Notes under the pieces: model-generated
Databases searched by the model: none
The model's input: the letters and a program-made list of their open reading frames with translations, nothing else
Told to the model about the DNA's origin: nothing
In this document: one piece after another, positions 38,221 through 49,197 of the stretch
Position numbering within the stretch: the first letter of the stretch is position 1
Layout: the number at the start of each line of letters is the position of its first letter
Source of the DNA: Pseudomonadota bacterium
GTDB taxonomy: Bacteria > Pseudomonadota > Gammaproteobacteria > Xanthomonadales > Xanthomonadaceae
Direction: 5' to 3'
Length of the DNA: 64,000 nt
NCBI GenBank assembly: GCA_049324395.1
Contig: JBMOOY010000056.1
Coordinates: 518-64,517 of the forward strand
Made by a program: the position numbers and the translations under genes

Positions 38221-39882
38221 TCACTTCAGCGCCTTGAAGCGCAGGCGGTGCGGCTTGGCGCCTTCCTCGCCGAGGCGGCGTTTCTTGTCTTCCTCGTATT
38301 CGCGGTAGTTGCCCTGGAAGAACTCGACGTGCGAGTCGCCTTCGAAGGCCAGGATGTGGGTCGCGATGCGGTCGAGGAACCAGCGGTCGTGCGAGATCAC
38401 GAAGGTGTTGCCGGGGAATTCCAGCAGCGCGTCTTCGAGCGCGCGCAGGGTTTCGATGTCGAGGTCGTTCGACGGTTCGTCGAGCAGAAGCACGTTGCCG
38501 CCCTGCAGCAGGGTCTTGGCGAGGTGCAGGCGACCGCGTTCGCCGCCCGACAGCGAGCCGACCATCTTCTGCTGGTCCTGGCCCTTGAAGTTGAAGCGGC
38601 CGATGTAGGCGCGCGACTGGATCTCGACGCCGTTGATGTTGAGGATGTCGAGGCCGCCGGAGACTTCCTGGAAGACGTTGTGGTTGCCTTCGAGCTTGTC
38701 GCGGCTCTGGTCGACGTAGGCCAGCTTCACCGTCGGACCCTTGACGATCTCGCCCTTGTCCGGCTTCTCGATGCCCATGAGCATCTTGAACAGCGTCGAC
38801 TTGCCGGCGCCGTTGGGGCCAATGATGCCGACGATCGCGCCCGGCGGCACCAGCATGTTGAGGTTGTCGATCAGCAGGCGGTCGCCGAACGACTTCGACA
38901 CGCCCTTGAACTCGATCACCGAGTTGCCCAGGCGCTCGCCCGGCGGGATGAAGATTTCGTTGGTCTCGTTGCGGCGCTGGTATTCCTGCGACTGCAGTTC
39001 TTCCAGGCGAGCGAGACGCGCCTTGCCCTTGCTGCGGCCGCCCTTGGCGTTCTGGCGCGACCACTCCAGTTCGCGCGCGATCGCCTTCTGGCGCGCCTTC
39101 TCCTGGTTTTCTTCCTGCTTCAGGCGCTCGTCCTTCTGGACCAGCCATTCGGTGTAATTGCCCTTCCACGGAATGCCGCGGCCGCGGTCGAGTTCGAGGA
39201 TCCACTCGGCGGCGTTGTCGAGGAAGTAGCGGTCGTGGGTGACCGCGACCACGGTGCCCGGGAAGCGGGCGAGGAACTGTTCCAGCCACTCCACCGACTC
39301 GGCGTCGAGATGGTTGGTCGGTTCGTCCAGCAGCAGCATGTCCGGCTTGCTCAGCAGCAGGCGGCAGAGCGCGACGCGGCGCTTTTCGCCGCCGGAGAGC
39401 GTGGAGATCTTCGCGTCCCACGGCGGCAGGCGCAGGGCGTCCGCGGCCACTTCCAGCTGCTGTTCCAGCATGTGCGCGTCGCCGGAGGCGAGGATCGCTT
39501 CGAGACGCTGCTGTTCTGCGGCGAGCTTGTCGAAGTCGGCGCCTTCCTCGGCGTAGGCGGCGTAGACCGCGTCCAGCGCGGCCTGGGCCTGGAGGACCTC
39601 GCCGACGCCTTCCTCGACCGATTCGCGCACGGTCTTGTTCGGATCGAGTTCGGGCTCCTGCGCCAGGTAGCCGACCTTGATGCCCGGTTGCGGGCGGGCT
39701 TCGCCCTGGAAGTCCTTGTCGACGCCGGCCATGATCTTCAGCACGGTCGACTTGCCGGCGCCGTTCAGGCCGAGCAGGCCGATCTTCGCGCCGGGGAAGA
39801 AGGACAGCGAGATGTCCTTGATGATCTGGCGCTTCGGCGGCACGGTCTTGCTGACGCCGTTCATGGTGTAGATGTATTGCAT
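38221..39882 (-). CDS. ettA: Energy-dependent translational throttle protein (ABC-F)
   Basis: MQYIYTMNGVSK, two ABC domains (GLNGAGKST; GPNGAGKST), FQGNYREYEEDKKRR. Confidence 0.98.
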   Translation of the reverse strand: MQYIYTMNGVSKTVPPKRQIIKDISLSFFPGAKIGLLGLNGAGKSTVLKIMAGVDKDFQGEARPQPGIKVGYLAQEPELDPNKTVRESVEEGVGEVLQAQAALDAVYAAYAEEGADFDKLAAEQQRLEAILASGDAHMLEQQLEVAADALRLPPWDAKISTLSGGEKRRVALCRLLLSKPDMLLLDEPTNHLDAESVEWLEQFLARFPGTVVAVTHDRYFLDNAAEWILELDRGRGIPWKGNYTEWLVQKDERLKQEENQEKARQKAIARELEWSRQNAKGGRSKGKARLARLEELQSQEYQRRNETNEIFIPPGERLGNSVIEFKGVSKSFGDRLLIDNLNMLVPPGAIVGIIGPNGAGKSTLFKMLMGIEKPDKGEIVKGPTVKLAYVDQSRDKLEGNHNVFQEVSGGLDILNINGVEIQSRAYIGRFNFKGQDQQKMVGSLSGGERGRLHLAKTLLQGGNVLLLDEPSNDLDIETLRALEDALLEFPGNTFVISHDRWFLDRIATHILAFEGDSHVEFFQGNYREYEEDKKRRLGEEGAKPHRLRFKALK

Positions 39883-40147
39883 GGGGGCTCCGGTCGTGCG
39901 CGGCGCACGATGTCGGGACAGCGGCGGCCGCGGGTGCGGACGGCGAAGGCCTGCCGTTGGGAGAGCAGGGGCCGTCGGGGATTCGGGGAATGGCGGAATT
40001 ATCGCCGATCCCGTCGGAGCCGTCACGTCGCAGGGGTGCGGCCGTAGGGCCGCGGAGGCCGGTCGACGGCATCGTCGAGGGAATAAATCCCTGCGGCGCT
40101 TCGTTCTCTCGTCCACACCGGCGCGCAGGGCGCCGAGGAGACGATGG

Positions 40148-41275
40148 ATGGCGACCGTGCCCCGGCAGCGAATGTTCGACCCGACCTCCAGCGACCACGG
40201 CCTCCGGCCGGGCACCGGCCCCGCCTCGGGGACGATCGGCGGGTCCGACCGCGGATTCGCCCGCCTGGAGGCGGCCAAGCGCGGGTTCTGCCTGCGTCGG
40301 GTCGACGTGCGGGTGGCGACCCTGCTCGGTCGGCAATATGCGCCCGAGGCGGGCAGCCTGTTCCTGGCGCGGGTGACCGAGCTGGGCCACCACACCCGGA
40401 TCGAATTGCCCGACGGCCGGCGCGCGCGCCTCTTCGCGGGCGACGAGGTGGTGGCCTGCTACGGCCACCGCTATGCGCCCGACCAGTACGGCATCCGGGT
40501 GCCGGAGCACATGCAACGCTGCGCGCTGGCGACCAGCGGCGGCGTGGCGGGCGAACTGGAAAGCCGGCACGACGCCGTGGGCAGGCCGACGATGCTGCAA
40601 CCGATCGGCATGCTCGGCGATCTGTCGGGCGCGCCGTTGAATCTGACGCGCTTCGCGCTGCCTCCGGTCGAGCGCTGTCCGGTGCAGGTGCCGGTGTTCG
40701 CGGTGCTGGGTTCGAGCATGAATTCCGGCAAGACCACCACCGCCGCCTGCACGGTACGCGGTCTGACCAACGCCGGCATGCGCGTGGCCGCGGCCAAGAT
40801 CACCGGCACCGGATCGGGCGCGGATTACTGGCACATGCTCGACGCCGGCGCGATCGCGGTGCGGGATTTCAGCGATTGCGGCCTGCCATCCACCTTTCGC
40901 GTCGATCTGCAGACCTTGCAGCGCACGTTCTTCACGCTGCTTTCGGAGCTGCAGCGAAGCGCGCCGGACGCGATCGTGATCGAGATCTCCGATGGCCTGT
41001 TCCAGCGCGAGACCGCGATGATGGTGGCCGCGCCCTGGTTCCGCGACGCGGTCGACAAGGTGCTGCTGGCGGCGCCGGACGCGATGGCGCTGGCGACCGG
41101 CGTCGAGATCCTCCGCCGTCACGCGCTTTCGGTGGCCGCCCTGAGCGGGCTGGTCAGCCGCAGTCCGCTGGCGATGCAGGAGGCGGCGGAACAGACGGGC
41201 CTGCGCGTGCTGGACATCGCCGGCCTCGAAAGCCCGGAGATCGTCACGCCGCTGCTGTTCTCGCTCGGCCGCTGA
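40148..41275 (+). CDS. DUF1611-like P-loop protein
   Basis: LGHHTRIELPDGRRARLFAGDEVVACYGHRYAPDQY, Walker A GSSMNSGKTT, AAKITGTG, IVIEISDGLFQRET. Alternative start at 40172. Confidence 0.8.
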   Translation: MATVPRQRMFDPTSSDHGLRPGTGPASGTIGGSDRGFARLEAAKRGFCLRRVDVRVATLLGRQYAPEAGSLFLARVTELGHHTRIELPDGRRARLFAGDEVVACYGHRYAPDQYGIRVPEHMQRCALATSGGVAGELESRHDAVGRPTMLQPIGMLGDLSGAPLNLTRFALPPVERCPVQVPVFAVLGSSMNSGKTTTAACTVRGLTNAGMRVAAAKITGTGSGADYWHMLDAGAIAVRDFSDCGLPSTFRVDLQTLQRTFFTLLSELQRSAPDAIVIEISDGLFQRETAMMVAAPWFRDAVDKVLLAAPDAMALATGVEILRRHALSVAALSGLVSRSPLAMQEAAEQTGLRVLDIAGLESPEIVTPLLFSLGR

Positions 41276-41282
41276 GGTCGAC

Positions 41283-42926
41283 GTGGACGGCTTCCCCGCG
41301 CTCTTCGCAGGCCGGCGACGAACGTTGCTGCTGCGCCTGATCGCCAACGGCGTCGGCCAGGGCGCCGTCGCAGGCGCGTTCGCACTGGGACTGCGCGACG
41401 TGCTGGACGGCGATGCGGGCCTTTCGTTGCCGGTCGTCGTGGCGCTCTGGGGATCGGTGTTGGCGACCGGTACGCTGCGCTGGCTGGAGCGGGTCGATGC
41501 GGAGCGCCTCGGGCAGTCGTACATCGACCGCATCCGCCTGCGCCTGTTCGACCATCTGGGGCGGGTCGCCCCCGAGCGACTGCGTCGCATCCGCCATGGC
41601 GCGCTGTCGCTGCGGTTCGTGGGCGATCTCTCGGCGCTGCGGCTGTGGGCCAGTCGCGGGCTGGCGCGCGTGTGGACGGCCGGCGCGATGACGCTGGGCG
41701 TCGTCGCGGTGCTCGCGTGGCTGGACTGGCGCTTCGCGTGCGCGGCCGGCGGCGTGCTCGCGCTCGGCGCGCTCGCCGCGTACGTCGGCGCCGGCGCGCT
41801 GGACGCTTCGGTGCGCAGGGCGCGCAGACGCCGCGGACGCTTCGCCGCGGCGATCGACGAGCAGTTGTCGCGACTGCCGACGATCCAGGCCTATGCGCGT
41901 CGCGACGCCGAAAAGGCGGCGATCGTCGAACGCTCGCGTCGCGTGCGCCGCGCCGCGGTGGCGCTGGCGCATCGTTCCGGCCTCATGATCGCGATTTCCG
42001 CGACCGTCGTCGGCACGTCGACCTTGTCGGTCGCGCTGATCGGTCATTCCGATGCGACGCATTCCCGCGGCACGCTGCTGGCGGCGCTGCTGCTGGTGTC
42101 GCTGCTGGCGACGCCCCTGCATCGCCTGGGACGGGTGTTCGAACTGTGGCGTTCGGCGATCGTGGCCCGGGAAAAAGTGCGTTCGCTGCTCGAGATCGCG
42201 CCGCTGGCGAGCCCCGGCGCGGAGGTCGCGCCGCTGCCGAAGGGCCCGGGTGCGATCGAATTCGCGCAGGTCGCGATTCCGGGATGCCCGACGCCGCTCG
42301 ATGCCGTCGTGGCGCCGGGCGAGCGCGTGCTGATCGCCTCCGATCCCGGCATCGAGGCGTCGCTGTTGCTGTGGGCGTTGCCGCGGCTGACCGATGCGGT
42401 GACCGGAACGATCCGCATCGACGGACGCGACATCGCGGAAGCCGCGCCCGGTTCGCTGCGACGCGCGGCGGTCCTGGTCAGCGAGAGCCTGCCGCTGCTG
42501 CGGGGCAGCCTGATCGACAATCTGCGCTACCGCGCGCCGGGCGCGCGTCTCGACGAGATCGATCGCATCCTGGATCGCTGCGGGCTGCGCGAGGCCGTCG
42601 AGCGAATGCCGCGCGGACTCGAAACGCCGCTCGGCAGCGATGGATTCGGGCTCGCGCGCGCGGAGCGCTGGCGTCTGCGCTGGGCGCGGGCGTTGCTCGG
42701 GCGGCCGCGGATCCTGCTGTTCGAGGACGTCGACGCGCAGATCCAGGGCGAGAACCGCGATGCCTTCTTCGCGATGCTGGAACGGTTCCGCGGCACCGTG
42801 CTGATGACCGGGCGCGACGGCGCCGACTGGCCGCGCACGATCCGGCGGTGGCGGTTGTCGACGGCCGCTCCGATGCGGGCGGGCGGGAGCTCCCCGGCGA
42901 CCCTTCTCGAAAGGCACGGCACATGA
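41283..42926 (+). CDS. ABC exporter-type fused TMD-NBD protein with degenerate ATPase motifs
   Basis: ABC TM domain (RIRLRLFDHL, LRFVGDL) followed by NBD scaffold (GTIRIDG, LIDNLRY, ARALL..P.ILL), but Walker A, signature, Walker B and H-switch are altered. Confidence 0.85.
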   Translation: MDGFPALFAGRRRTLLLRLIANGVGQGAVAGAFALGLRDVLDGDAGLSLPVVVALWGSVLATGTLRWLERVDAERLGQSYIDRIRLRLFDHLGRVAPERLRRIRHGALSLRFVGDLSALRLWASRGLARVWTAGAMTLGVVAVLAWLDWRFACAAGGVLALGALAAYVGAGALDASVRRARRRRGRFAAAIDEQLSRLPTIQAYARRDAEKAAIVERSRRVRRAAVALAHRSGLMIAISATVVGTSTLSVALIGHSDATHSRGTLLAALLLVSLLATPLHRLGRVFELWRSAIVAREKVRSLLEIAPLASPGAEVAPLPKGPGAIEFAQVAIPGCPTPLDAVVAPGERVLIASDPGIEASLLLWALPRLTDAVTGTIRIDGRDIAEAAPGSLRRAAVLVSESLPLLRGSLIDNLRYRAPGARLDEIDRILDRCGLREAVERMPRGLETPLGSDGFGLARAERWRLRWARALLGRPRILLFEDVDAQIQGENRDAFFAMLERFRGTVLMTGRDGADWPRTIRRWRLSTAAPMRAGGSSPATLLERHGT

Positions 42927-43816
42927 GCGAAACCATCCTCCTTCCGAAGCCGGCGGGCCGCGGGACGCATCCCTACGCGAGAACGCCGGACGGAATTCCC
43001 GAGTGCAGTTACTTCGTCCATCGTCCGCAGGGCGAGCACGACCGCAGCCGGCTGCTGGTCGCGGTGCACGGCATCACCCGCAACGCGCTCGAACACGCGA
43101 TGGTGTTCCGTCGCTGGTCGGAACGACTGGGCGTCGCGGTGGTCGCGCCGTTGTTCCCGCGCGCGGGGTATCGGCGCTACCAGACCCTCGAAGGCCGCAG
43201 GGGCATCCCGGCCGCGGACGAGGCCTTCGACCGCATCGTCGAAGACGCGTGCCGTCATCTGGGAATGGATGCGCCGGCCCTGCATCTGTTCGGATATTCC
43301 GGCGGCGGACAGTTCGCGCACCGTTACGCGTTCCGCCATCCGCGCGCGGTGTCGCGGATGGTCGTGGGCGCAGCGGGTTGGTACACGTTCCCGGACGACG
43401 ATCTCGCCTACCCGCTGGGCCTCGGTGCGCGCGGCGCGACGTCGGCGTTCGCGCACGCCGACGTCGTCGCGCGGTATCCGCCGACGCTGGTGGTGGTCGG
43501 TTCGCACGACCGCATGCGCGACGAGTCGCTCAACCAGGACCCCGACATCGACCTGCGTCAGGGCCTGCACCGCCGCGCCCGCGCGCGGCGATGGGTCGAC
43601 GCGATGGCGGGCGCGGCGCGGCGCGCGGGCTGCGCGTCGCCCTGCCGCCTGCACGTGCTGCGCGGCGCGAGCCATGCGTTCGGCCCTTCCGTTCGCAGCC
43701 ACGCCCTCGACCGCATCGTGGTCGGCTTCCTGTTTCCGGATGCCGACCTCGGCGCAGGCGATGCGCCGTGCGCCGAGGACGCACTCCTTCCCCGATCCCC
43801 CGGAGCATCGAAATGA
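42923..43816 (+). CDS. Alpha/beta hydrolase (esterase/depolymerase-like)
   Basis: VAVHG, nucleophile elbow GYSGG(GQFAHRY), late His in ASHAF. No signal peptide. Confidence 0.85.
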   Translation: MSETILLPKPAGRGTHPYARTPDGIPECSYFVHRPQGEHDRSRLLVAVHGITRNALEHAMVFRRWSERLGVAVVAPLFPRAGYRRYQTLEGRRGIPAADEAFDRIVEDACRHLGMDAPALHLFGYSGGGQFAHRYAFRHPRAVSRMVVGAAGWYTFPDDDLAYPLGLGARGATSAFAHADVVARYPPTLVVVGSHDRMRDESLNQDPDIDLRQGLHRRARARRWVDAMAGAARRAGCASPCRLHVLRGASHAFGPSVRSHALDRIVVGFLFPDADLGAGDAPCAEDALLPRSPGASK

Positions 43817-44994
43817 AGACTTCCCTGACGAGACTCTCCCTGCCCGTGGCGCTGGCGTGCCTGACCCCCGTGGCCGCGCAGGCCCAAGCCTTCGAGGCCG
43901 GCCGCGAGGGCCTGGTCTGGACCTCGGACGACGGCGACAGCGAACTGCGCATCGGCTGCCGCCTGCATTACGACAGCGTGCGTTTCGACGAGGACGTCAC
44001 GCCGCTCGACGACCGCAGCGATTTCCGTCGCGCCAGGATCGCGCTGTCCGGACGATTCGCGAAGGACTGGCGTTTCCGGGTCGAGAACGATCTCGGCGGC
44101 ACGTCGCAGGGCTGGAAAGGCGTGTGGTTGGCCTATCGCGGTTTCGACGACTGGGACCTGCGCGCGGGCCACCTGATCGCCCCGGTCGGCATGGAGCAAT
44201 CGATGAGCTCGGACGAGATGCCGCTGATGGAGCGTTCGCTGTCCTCCGCGCTGTCGCCCGGGTTCCTGGTCGGCGCGCAGGGCACCTACGCCCGCAAGGG
44301 CTGGACCGCGACGCTCGGCTATTACGGGGACCCGATCGACGGCGAACAGGACGCGTCCGGACAGGACGGGCGCGGATTCGCCGGACGTGCGACCTGGGCG
44401 CCGTTGCGCGGGAAGGGGCGGGTGGTGCATCTGGGCGCGTCCTTCGAGCAGCGCCGGGTCGATCCGGTCGCCGCGCCGGGCGGGTATCGGATTTCGTCCC
44501 GTCCCGGCGCGGGTCTGGCCAACGCTTCGCTGATCAATACCGGCGCCATCGCCGGCGTCGATCGCACGCGGACGATCGGCGTCGAAGCGGGCGTCGTGCT
44601 CGGTCCGGTCTCGGTGCTGGGCGAGGGCATGCGGATGACGGTCGCGCGCAGCGGCGCGCCGGATGCCGACTTCAGGGGCGGACACGTCACCGCGGCATGG
44701 GCGCTGACCGGCGAATCGCGGCGATACAACGAGGACACCGGCGTCATCGGCGGTCTCCGGCCGTCGCGACGCTGGGGCGCGCTGGAACTGGCGGCCCGCT
44801 ACGAGCGCCTCGACCTCGAAGACGCGGGCATCACCGGCGGCAGCGAGCGCAATCTGGCCTATGGCCTGAACTGGTACTTCGGACGCAATTTCCGGCTGAT
44901 GCTGAACCACGTCGATGCCGAAGCCGACCCGAACCGGAACGGGGTCCGGGAGTCGGTGGGAATCGACCAGATCCGGGCCCAGGTCGACTTCTGA
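43813..44994 (+). CDS. OprO/OprP-family anion-selective porin
   Basis: Signal peptide, [30 protein letters not shown], terminal aromatic (QVDF). Confidence 0.88.
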   Translation: MKTSLTRLSLPVALACLTPVAAQAQAFEAGREGLVWTSDDGDSELRIGCRLHYDSVRFDEDVTPLDDRSDFRRARIALSGRFAKDWRFRVENDLGGTSQGWKGVWLAYRGFDDWDLRAGHLIAPVGMEQSMSSDEMPLMERSLSSALSPGFLVGAQGTYARKGWTATLGYYGDPIDGEQDASGQDGRGFAGRATWAPLRGKGRVVHLGASFEQRRVDPVAAPGGYRISSRPGAGLANASLINTGAIAGVDRTRTIGVEAGVVLGPVSVLGEGMRMTVARSGAPDADFRGGHVTAAWALTGESRRYNEDTGVIGGLRPSRRWGALELAARYERLDLEDAGITGGSERNLAYGLNWYFGRNFRLMLNHVDAEADPNRNGVRESVGIDQIRAQVDF

Positions 44995-45113
44995 GTTCGC
45001 GGGCAAGGGACATCGGCTGCGGAGGGGAGGGGGCGGCAGGCCGGGGCGGCGATGTCCCCGGGGCGGCCAACCGTTACAATTCCGGCTTCCCCACAAGCCC
45101 CCTTGGAGCGCCG

Positions 45114-46364
45114 ATGTTCCCGCGCGATGCCCGCATCGAAGGTTTCGACCCCGAACTCGCCGCCGCCATCGCGGCCGAAGACCGCCGCCAGGAAGACCAC
45201 GTCGAGCTGATCGCGTCCGAAAACTACGCCAGTCCGCGGGTCATGGAAGCGCAGGGCAGCCAGCTGACCAACAAGTACGCGGAGGGGTATCCGGGCAAGC
45301 GCTACTACGGCGGCTGCGAGTACGTCGACATCGCGGAGCAGCTGGCGATCGAGCGCGTCAAGACGCTGTTCGGCGCGGACTACGCCAACGTCCAGCCGCA
45401 TTCGGGCTCGCAGGCCAACCAGGCGGTGTATTTCGCGCTGCTGCAGCCGGGCGACACCATTCTCGGCATGTCGTTGGCGCACGGCGGCCATCTCACCCAT
45501 GGCGCCAAGGTCAACGCCTCGGGCAAGCTCTTCAACGCCGTGCAGTACGGCGTGAACGACCAGGGTCTGATCGACTACGACGAAGTCGAACGACTGGCCC
45601 TGGAGCACAAGCCGAAGATGGTCGTCGCCGGCTTTTCGGCGTATTCGCAGGTCGTCGACTGGGCGCGCTTCCGCGCCATCGCCGACAAGGTCGGCGCGTA
45701 TCTCTTCGTCGACATGGCGCACGTGGCCGGGCTGGTCGCCGCCGGCGTCTATCCGAATCCCGTGCCCTACGCCGACATCGTGACCTCGACCACCCACAAG
45801 ACCCTGCGCGGCCCGCGCGGCGGGATCATCGTCGCCCGCGCCAACGAGGAGATCGAGAAGAAACTGCAGAGCATCGTCTTCCCGGGCATCCAGGGCGGTC
45901 CGCTGATGCACGTCATCGCCGCGAAGGCGGTCGCCTTCCTCGAAGCGCTGCAGCCGGAGTTCAAGGTCTACCAGGCGCAGGTGGTGAAGAACGCGCAGGC
46001 GATGGCGAACGCGATCATCGCCCGCGGTTACAAGATCGTCTCCGGCGGTACCCAGAACCACCTGATGCTGGTCGACATGATCGGCAAGGGCATCACCGGC
46101 AAGGACGCGGAAGCCGCGCTCGGTCGCGCCCACATCACCGTGAACAAGAACGCGGTGCCGAACGATCCGCAGAAGCCGTTCGTGACCTCGGGCCTGCGCC
46201 TGGGCACGCCTGCGGTGACCACCCGCGGCTACCTCGAACAGGACTGCGTCGATCTGGCGAACTGGATCTGCGACGTGCTCGACGCGCCGAAGGACGAGGC
46301 GGTGATCGCCCGGGTGAAGGCGAACGTCGAGGCGCAGTGCCGGAAGTACCCGGTGTACGGCTGA
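45114..46364 (+). CDS. glyA: Serine hydroxymethyltransferase
   Basis: [44 protein letters not shown]. Confidence 0.99.
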   Translation: MFPRDARIEGFDPELAAAIAAEDRRQEDHVELIASENYASPRVMEAQGSQLTNKYAEGYPGKRYYGGCEYVDIAEQLAIERVKTLFGADYANVQPHSGSQANQAVYFALLQPGDTILGMSLAHGGHLTHGAKVNASGKLFNAVQYGVNDQGLIDYDEVERLALEHKPKMVVAGFSAYSQVVDWARFRAIADKVGAYLFVDMAHVAGLVAAGVYPNPVPYADIVTSTTHKTLRGPRGGIIVARANEEIEKKLQSIVFPGIQGGPLMHVIAAKAVAFLEALQPEFKVYQAQVVKNAQAMANAIIARGYKIVSGGTQNHLMLVDMIGKGITGKDAEAALGRAHITVNKNAVPNDPQKPFVTSGLRLGTPAVTTRGYLEQDCVDLANWICDVLDAPKDEAVIARVKANVEAQCRKYPVYG

Positions 46365-46428
46365 ACCCCGGCGAACCTGCGCGCGGGCCGCGGCCCGCAC
46401 GACGGGTCGCCCATCCCGAGCCCGCCTG

Positions 46429-46953
46429 ATGCACTGCCCCTTCTGCCAGCACGAGAACACCCGCGTCATCGATTCGCGCGTCAGCGAAGACGGCGCGACG
46501 ATCCGTCGCCGGCGCGAGTGCGAGGCGTGCGGCGAGCGGTTCAGCACGCTCGAGACGATCGAACTGAAGCTGCCGGCGATCATCAAGTCGGACGGTCGCC
46601 GCGAGCATTTCGACGCGCGCAAGCTGCGCCACGGTTTCGATCGCGCGCTGCACAAGCGGCCGGTGTCGGAAGAGCAGATCGAGGCCGCGGTGCGCGCGGT
46701 GGTGCACCAGCTGCGGATGACCACCGAACGCGAACTGCCGTCGCGACGTGTCGGCGAGTTCGTGATGGCCGAGCTGCGCAAGCTCGACCACGTCGCCTTC
46801 GTCCGCTTCGCGTCGGTGTACCGGGCGTTCGAGGACGTGGCCGATTTCCGCGAGGAACTCGACCGGCTCGAACGCGAACTGCCGGGCGAAGGCCAGTTGT
46901 CGCTGCTGGGCGCGGACATCGTGCCCTTCGACAAGGACAAGAAGAAGCGATGA
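46429..46953 (+). CDS. nrdR: Transcriptional repressor NrdR
   Basis: [25 protein letters not shown]. Confidence 0.98.
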   Translation: MHCPFCQHENTRVIDSRVSEDGATIRRRRECEACGERFSTLETIELKLPAIIKSDGRREHFDARKLRHGFDRALHKRPVSEEQIEAAVRAVVHQLRMTTERELPSRRVGEFVMAELRKLDHVAFVRFASVYRAFEDVADFREELDRLERELPGEGQLSLLGADIVPFDKDKKKR

Positions 46954-48086
46954 GCGCTGCGTTGCGCGGGTTGGCGGCGACCCTGGCCATCGCCGGTCTC
47001 GCCGTCGCGATGCCTTCGGCGGCGGGGGAATCGCTGGCCGGTCACTACTTCCTGCAGGGCATCCACGAGACCGGTTCTGAACTGCGTCTGCGCGAGGACG
47101 GGCGCTACGACTGGTTCATGGCGTACGGCGCGATGGATGCGACCAGCGCCGGTCGCTGGTCGCGCGAAAGCGATCGCGTCGTGCTGATCGCGGACCTTCC
47201 GGCGAAGGACGCGCCGCTGTTTCGTGTCGATGCCGCGTTCCCGTGGGACGACACGACCGAAGCGAGATTGCGCGATCTCGAGGCCGAACGCGACGGTGCG
47301 TTGGCCGAAGAGCGTTGCCCGTTCCTCGCCGTCGCCGACTTCGCTTCGGCGGCGCCGGCGTTCGGCGAGGAGAAGCCGCCGCAGGCCGAGCTCGAGCGGG
47401 CGGCGCGCGACGCGCTGGCGGCGCTGCAGAACGCGCGCGACGTATTCGAGGCCGCCGCAGAGGGCGCCGTGAAGATCCGCGCGCACGTCGTGGCCGTGCA
47501 GGGCGACGACGCGCTGCGTCGCGACGCCGACGACGCCATGCGGTTGGCGGTCGCGGCGATGGACGCCTATCGCGCCAACCGCGCGCAGGCGCGTGACGCG
47601 CACCATGCCGCCGGTCTGCCGCTCCCGACATTGCCGGAACCGCGCATTCCGATCGAATGCGGCGTCGTGCCTTCGACGACGCCCGACGATGCCGCGAAGG
47701 GGCTCGGCGTGGTGGTCGGCGATCCGGCGGGCGGTCTGCGATTCGCGGAGATCGAGGCGGTGTTCGAGTTTTCCGACGGGCATCGCGAGACCCGCACGAC
47801 CAATCGCGGCGGTTGGGCGCTGATCCGCCCGAGGGACGGCGCGAGCCTGCGCCGCGTGACGCTGTCGATCGCGCGTGACATGCGCGAATCGGTGGGACTG
47901 GACGAGACCGTCGCAAGCGCCGCGTTCGCGTTCGATCCCGCGAAGGGCGATGTGCTGGCGATCGTGCTCGACAGCGCGCGACTGGCGTCGCCGATGTTCG
48001 AGCGACTGGAACTGCGGGTCGAGGATGGCGCGCTGATTCCGACCTGGTCCAACGGCGAAGAGCGAGGGCGTTATGTCCGCGAATGA
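46950..48086 (+). CDS. Secreted hypothetical protein (378 aa) between nrdR and ribD
   Basis: Signal peptide. [31 protein letters not shown]...GRW N-terminal domain. Overlaps both neighbouring genes. Confidence 0.78.
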   Translation: MSAALRGLAATLAIAGLAVAMPSAAGESLAGHYFLQGIHETGSELRLREDGRYDWFMAYGAMDATSAGRWSRESDRVVLIADLPAKDAPLFRVDAAFPWDDTTEARLRDLEAERDGALAEERCPFLAVADFASAAPAFGEEKPPQAELERAARDALAALQNARDVFEAAAEGAVKIRAHVVAVQGDDALRRDADDAMRLAVAAMDAYRANRAQARDAHHAAGLPLPTLPEPRIPIECGVVPSTTPDDAAKGLGVVVGDPAGGLRFAEIEAVFEFSDGHRETRTTNRGGWALIRPRDGASLRRVTLSIARDMRESVGLDETVASAAFAFDPAKGDVLAIVLDSARLASPMFERLELRVEDGALIPTWSNGEERGRYVRE

Positions 48087-49197
48087 CGCGATCTTTTCGG
48101 CGATCGACCACGCGATGATGGCGCGGGCCCTGCGCCTGGCCGAGCGCGGCGCCTACACCACCAAACCCAATCCGATGGTCGGCTGCGTCCTCGCGCACGG
48201 CGAGGAGGTGGTCGGCGAAGGCTGGCATGCCGTCGCCGGCGGCCCGCACGCCGAGATCGTCGCGCTGCAGGCGGCGGGCGACCGCGCGCGCGGCGCGACC
48301 GCGTACGTCACGCTCGAGCCCTGCGCGCATCACGGCAAGACCGGTCCCTGCGTGGACGCGCTGATCGCCGCCGGCGTCGGCCGCGTGGTCGCGGCGATGC
48401 GCGATCCGTTCCCGCAGGTCGACGGCGTCGGTTTCGACCGGCTGCGCGCGGCCGGGATCGCGGTCGCGTACGGGCTGATGGCTGGCGATGCGCGACGGCT
48501 CAATCGCGGTTTCCTGTCGCGGATCGAACGCAAACGGCCGTGGGTGCGGGTGAAGCTCGCGACCAGTCTCGACGGCCGCACCGCGCTGGCCAATGGCGAT
48601 TCGAAATGGATCAGCGGCGAGGCCTCGCGCCGCGACGTGATGCGCTGGCGCGCCCGCGCCGGCGCGCTGCTCACCGGCGCGGGCACGGTGCTCGCCGACG
48701 ATCCGCAGCTGACCGTGCGTTTCGACGACGACGGCTCCGGCGAAGCCATCGCGTTCGTGCCGCCGCTGCGCGTGGTGCTCGATCCCGGCCTCGCGACCGT
48801 CGGCCGCGGCCACATCCGCGCCGGCGATGCCCCGACCCTGTATTTCCATGCGCCGGACGCCAAGCCGCCGCGCGGCTTCGGCGCCGCCCACGCTGCGGTG
48901 CGCATGCGCGATGGACTGCTGGATCTCGACGCCGTGCTGCAGGCGCTTGCCGCGCGCGAGATCAACGAGGTGCAGGTCGAGGCCGGCGCCACGCTCGCCG
49001 GTGCGTTGCTGCGCGCGGCGCTGGTCGACGAGGTCTTGCTCTACGTCGCGCCGGTGCTGCTCGGCGCCGAGGCGCGGCCGCTGTTCGACGGGCTGCGGAT
49101 CGAGGAAATGGCCCAACGCCTGCGCCTGCAGGTCGTGGAAACGCGCCGGCTCGGCGACGACACCCGTCTGCTGCTGCGGCCGGAGCGCGGTGCGTGA
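48073..49197 (+). CDS. ribD: Riboflavin biosynthesis deaminase/reductase
   Basis: PNPMVGCV, HAE, TLEPCAH, KLATSLDG, VEAG. Confidence 0.98.
   Translation: MSANDAIFSAIDHAMMARALRLAERGAYTTKPNPMVGCVLAHGEEVVGEGWHAVAGGPHAEIVALQAAGDRARGATAYVTLEPCAHHGKTGPCVDALIAAGVGRVVAAMRDPFPQVDGVGFDRLRAAGIAVAYGLMAGDARRLNRGFLSRIERKRPWVRVKLATSLDGRTALANGDSKWISGEASRRDVMRWRARAGALLTGAGTVLADDPQLTVRFDDDGSGEAIAFVPPLRVVLDPGLATVGRGHIRAGDAPTLYFHAPDAKPPRGFGAAHAAVRMRDGLLDLDAVLQALAAREINEVQVEAGATLAGALLRAALVDEVLLYVAPVLLGAEARPLFDGLRIEEMAQRLRLQVVETRRLGDDTRLLLRPERGA

Noticed and set aside
44995-45113. ZMP/ZTP or glycine riboswitch before glyA
   Set aside because: No recognisable aptamer consensus, and the likely -10 box leaves only about 25 nt of leader.
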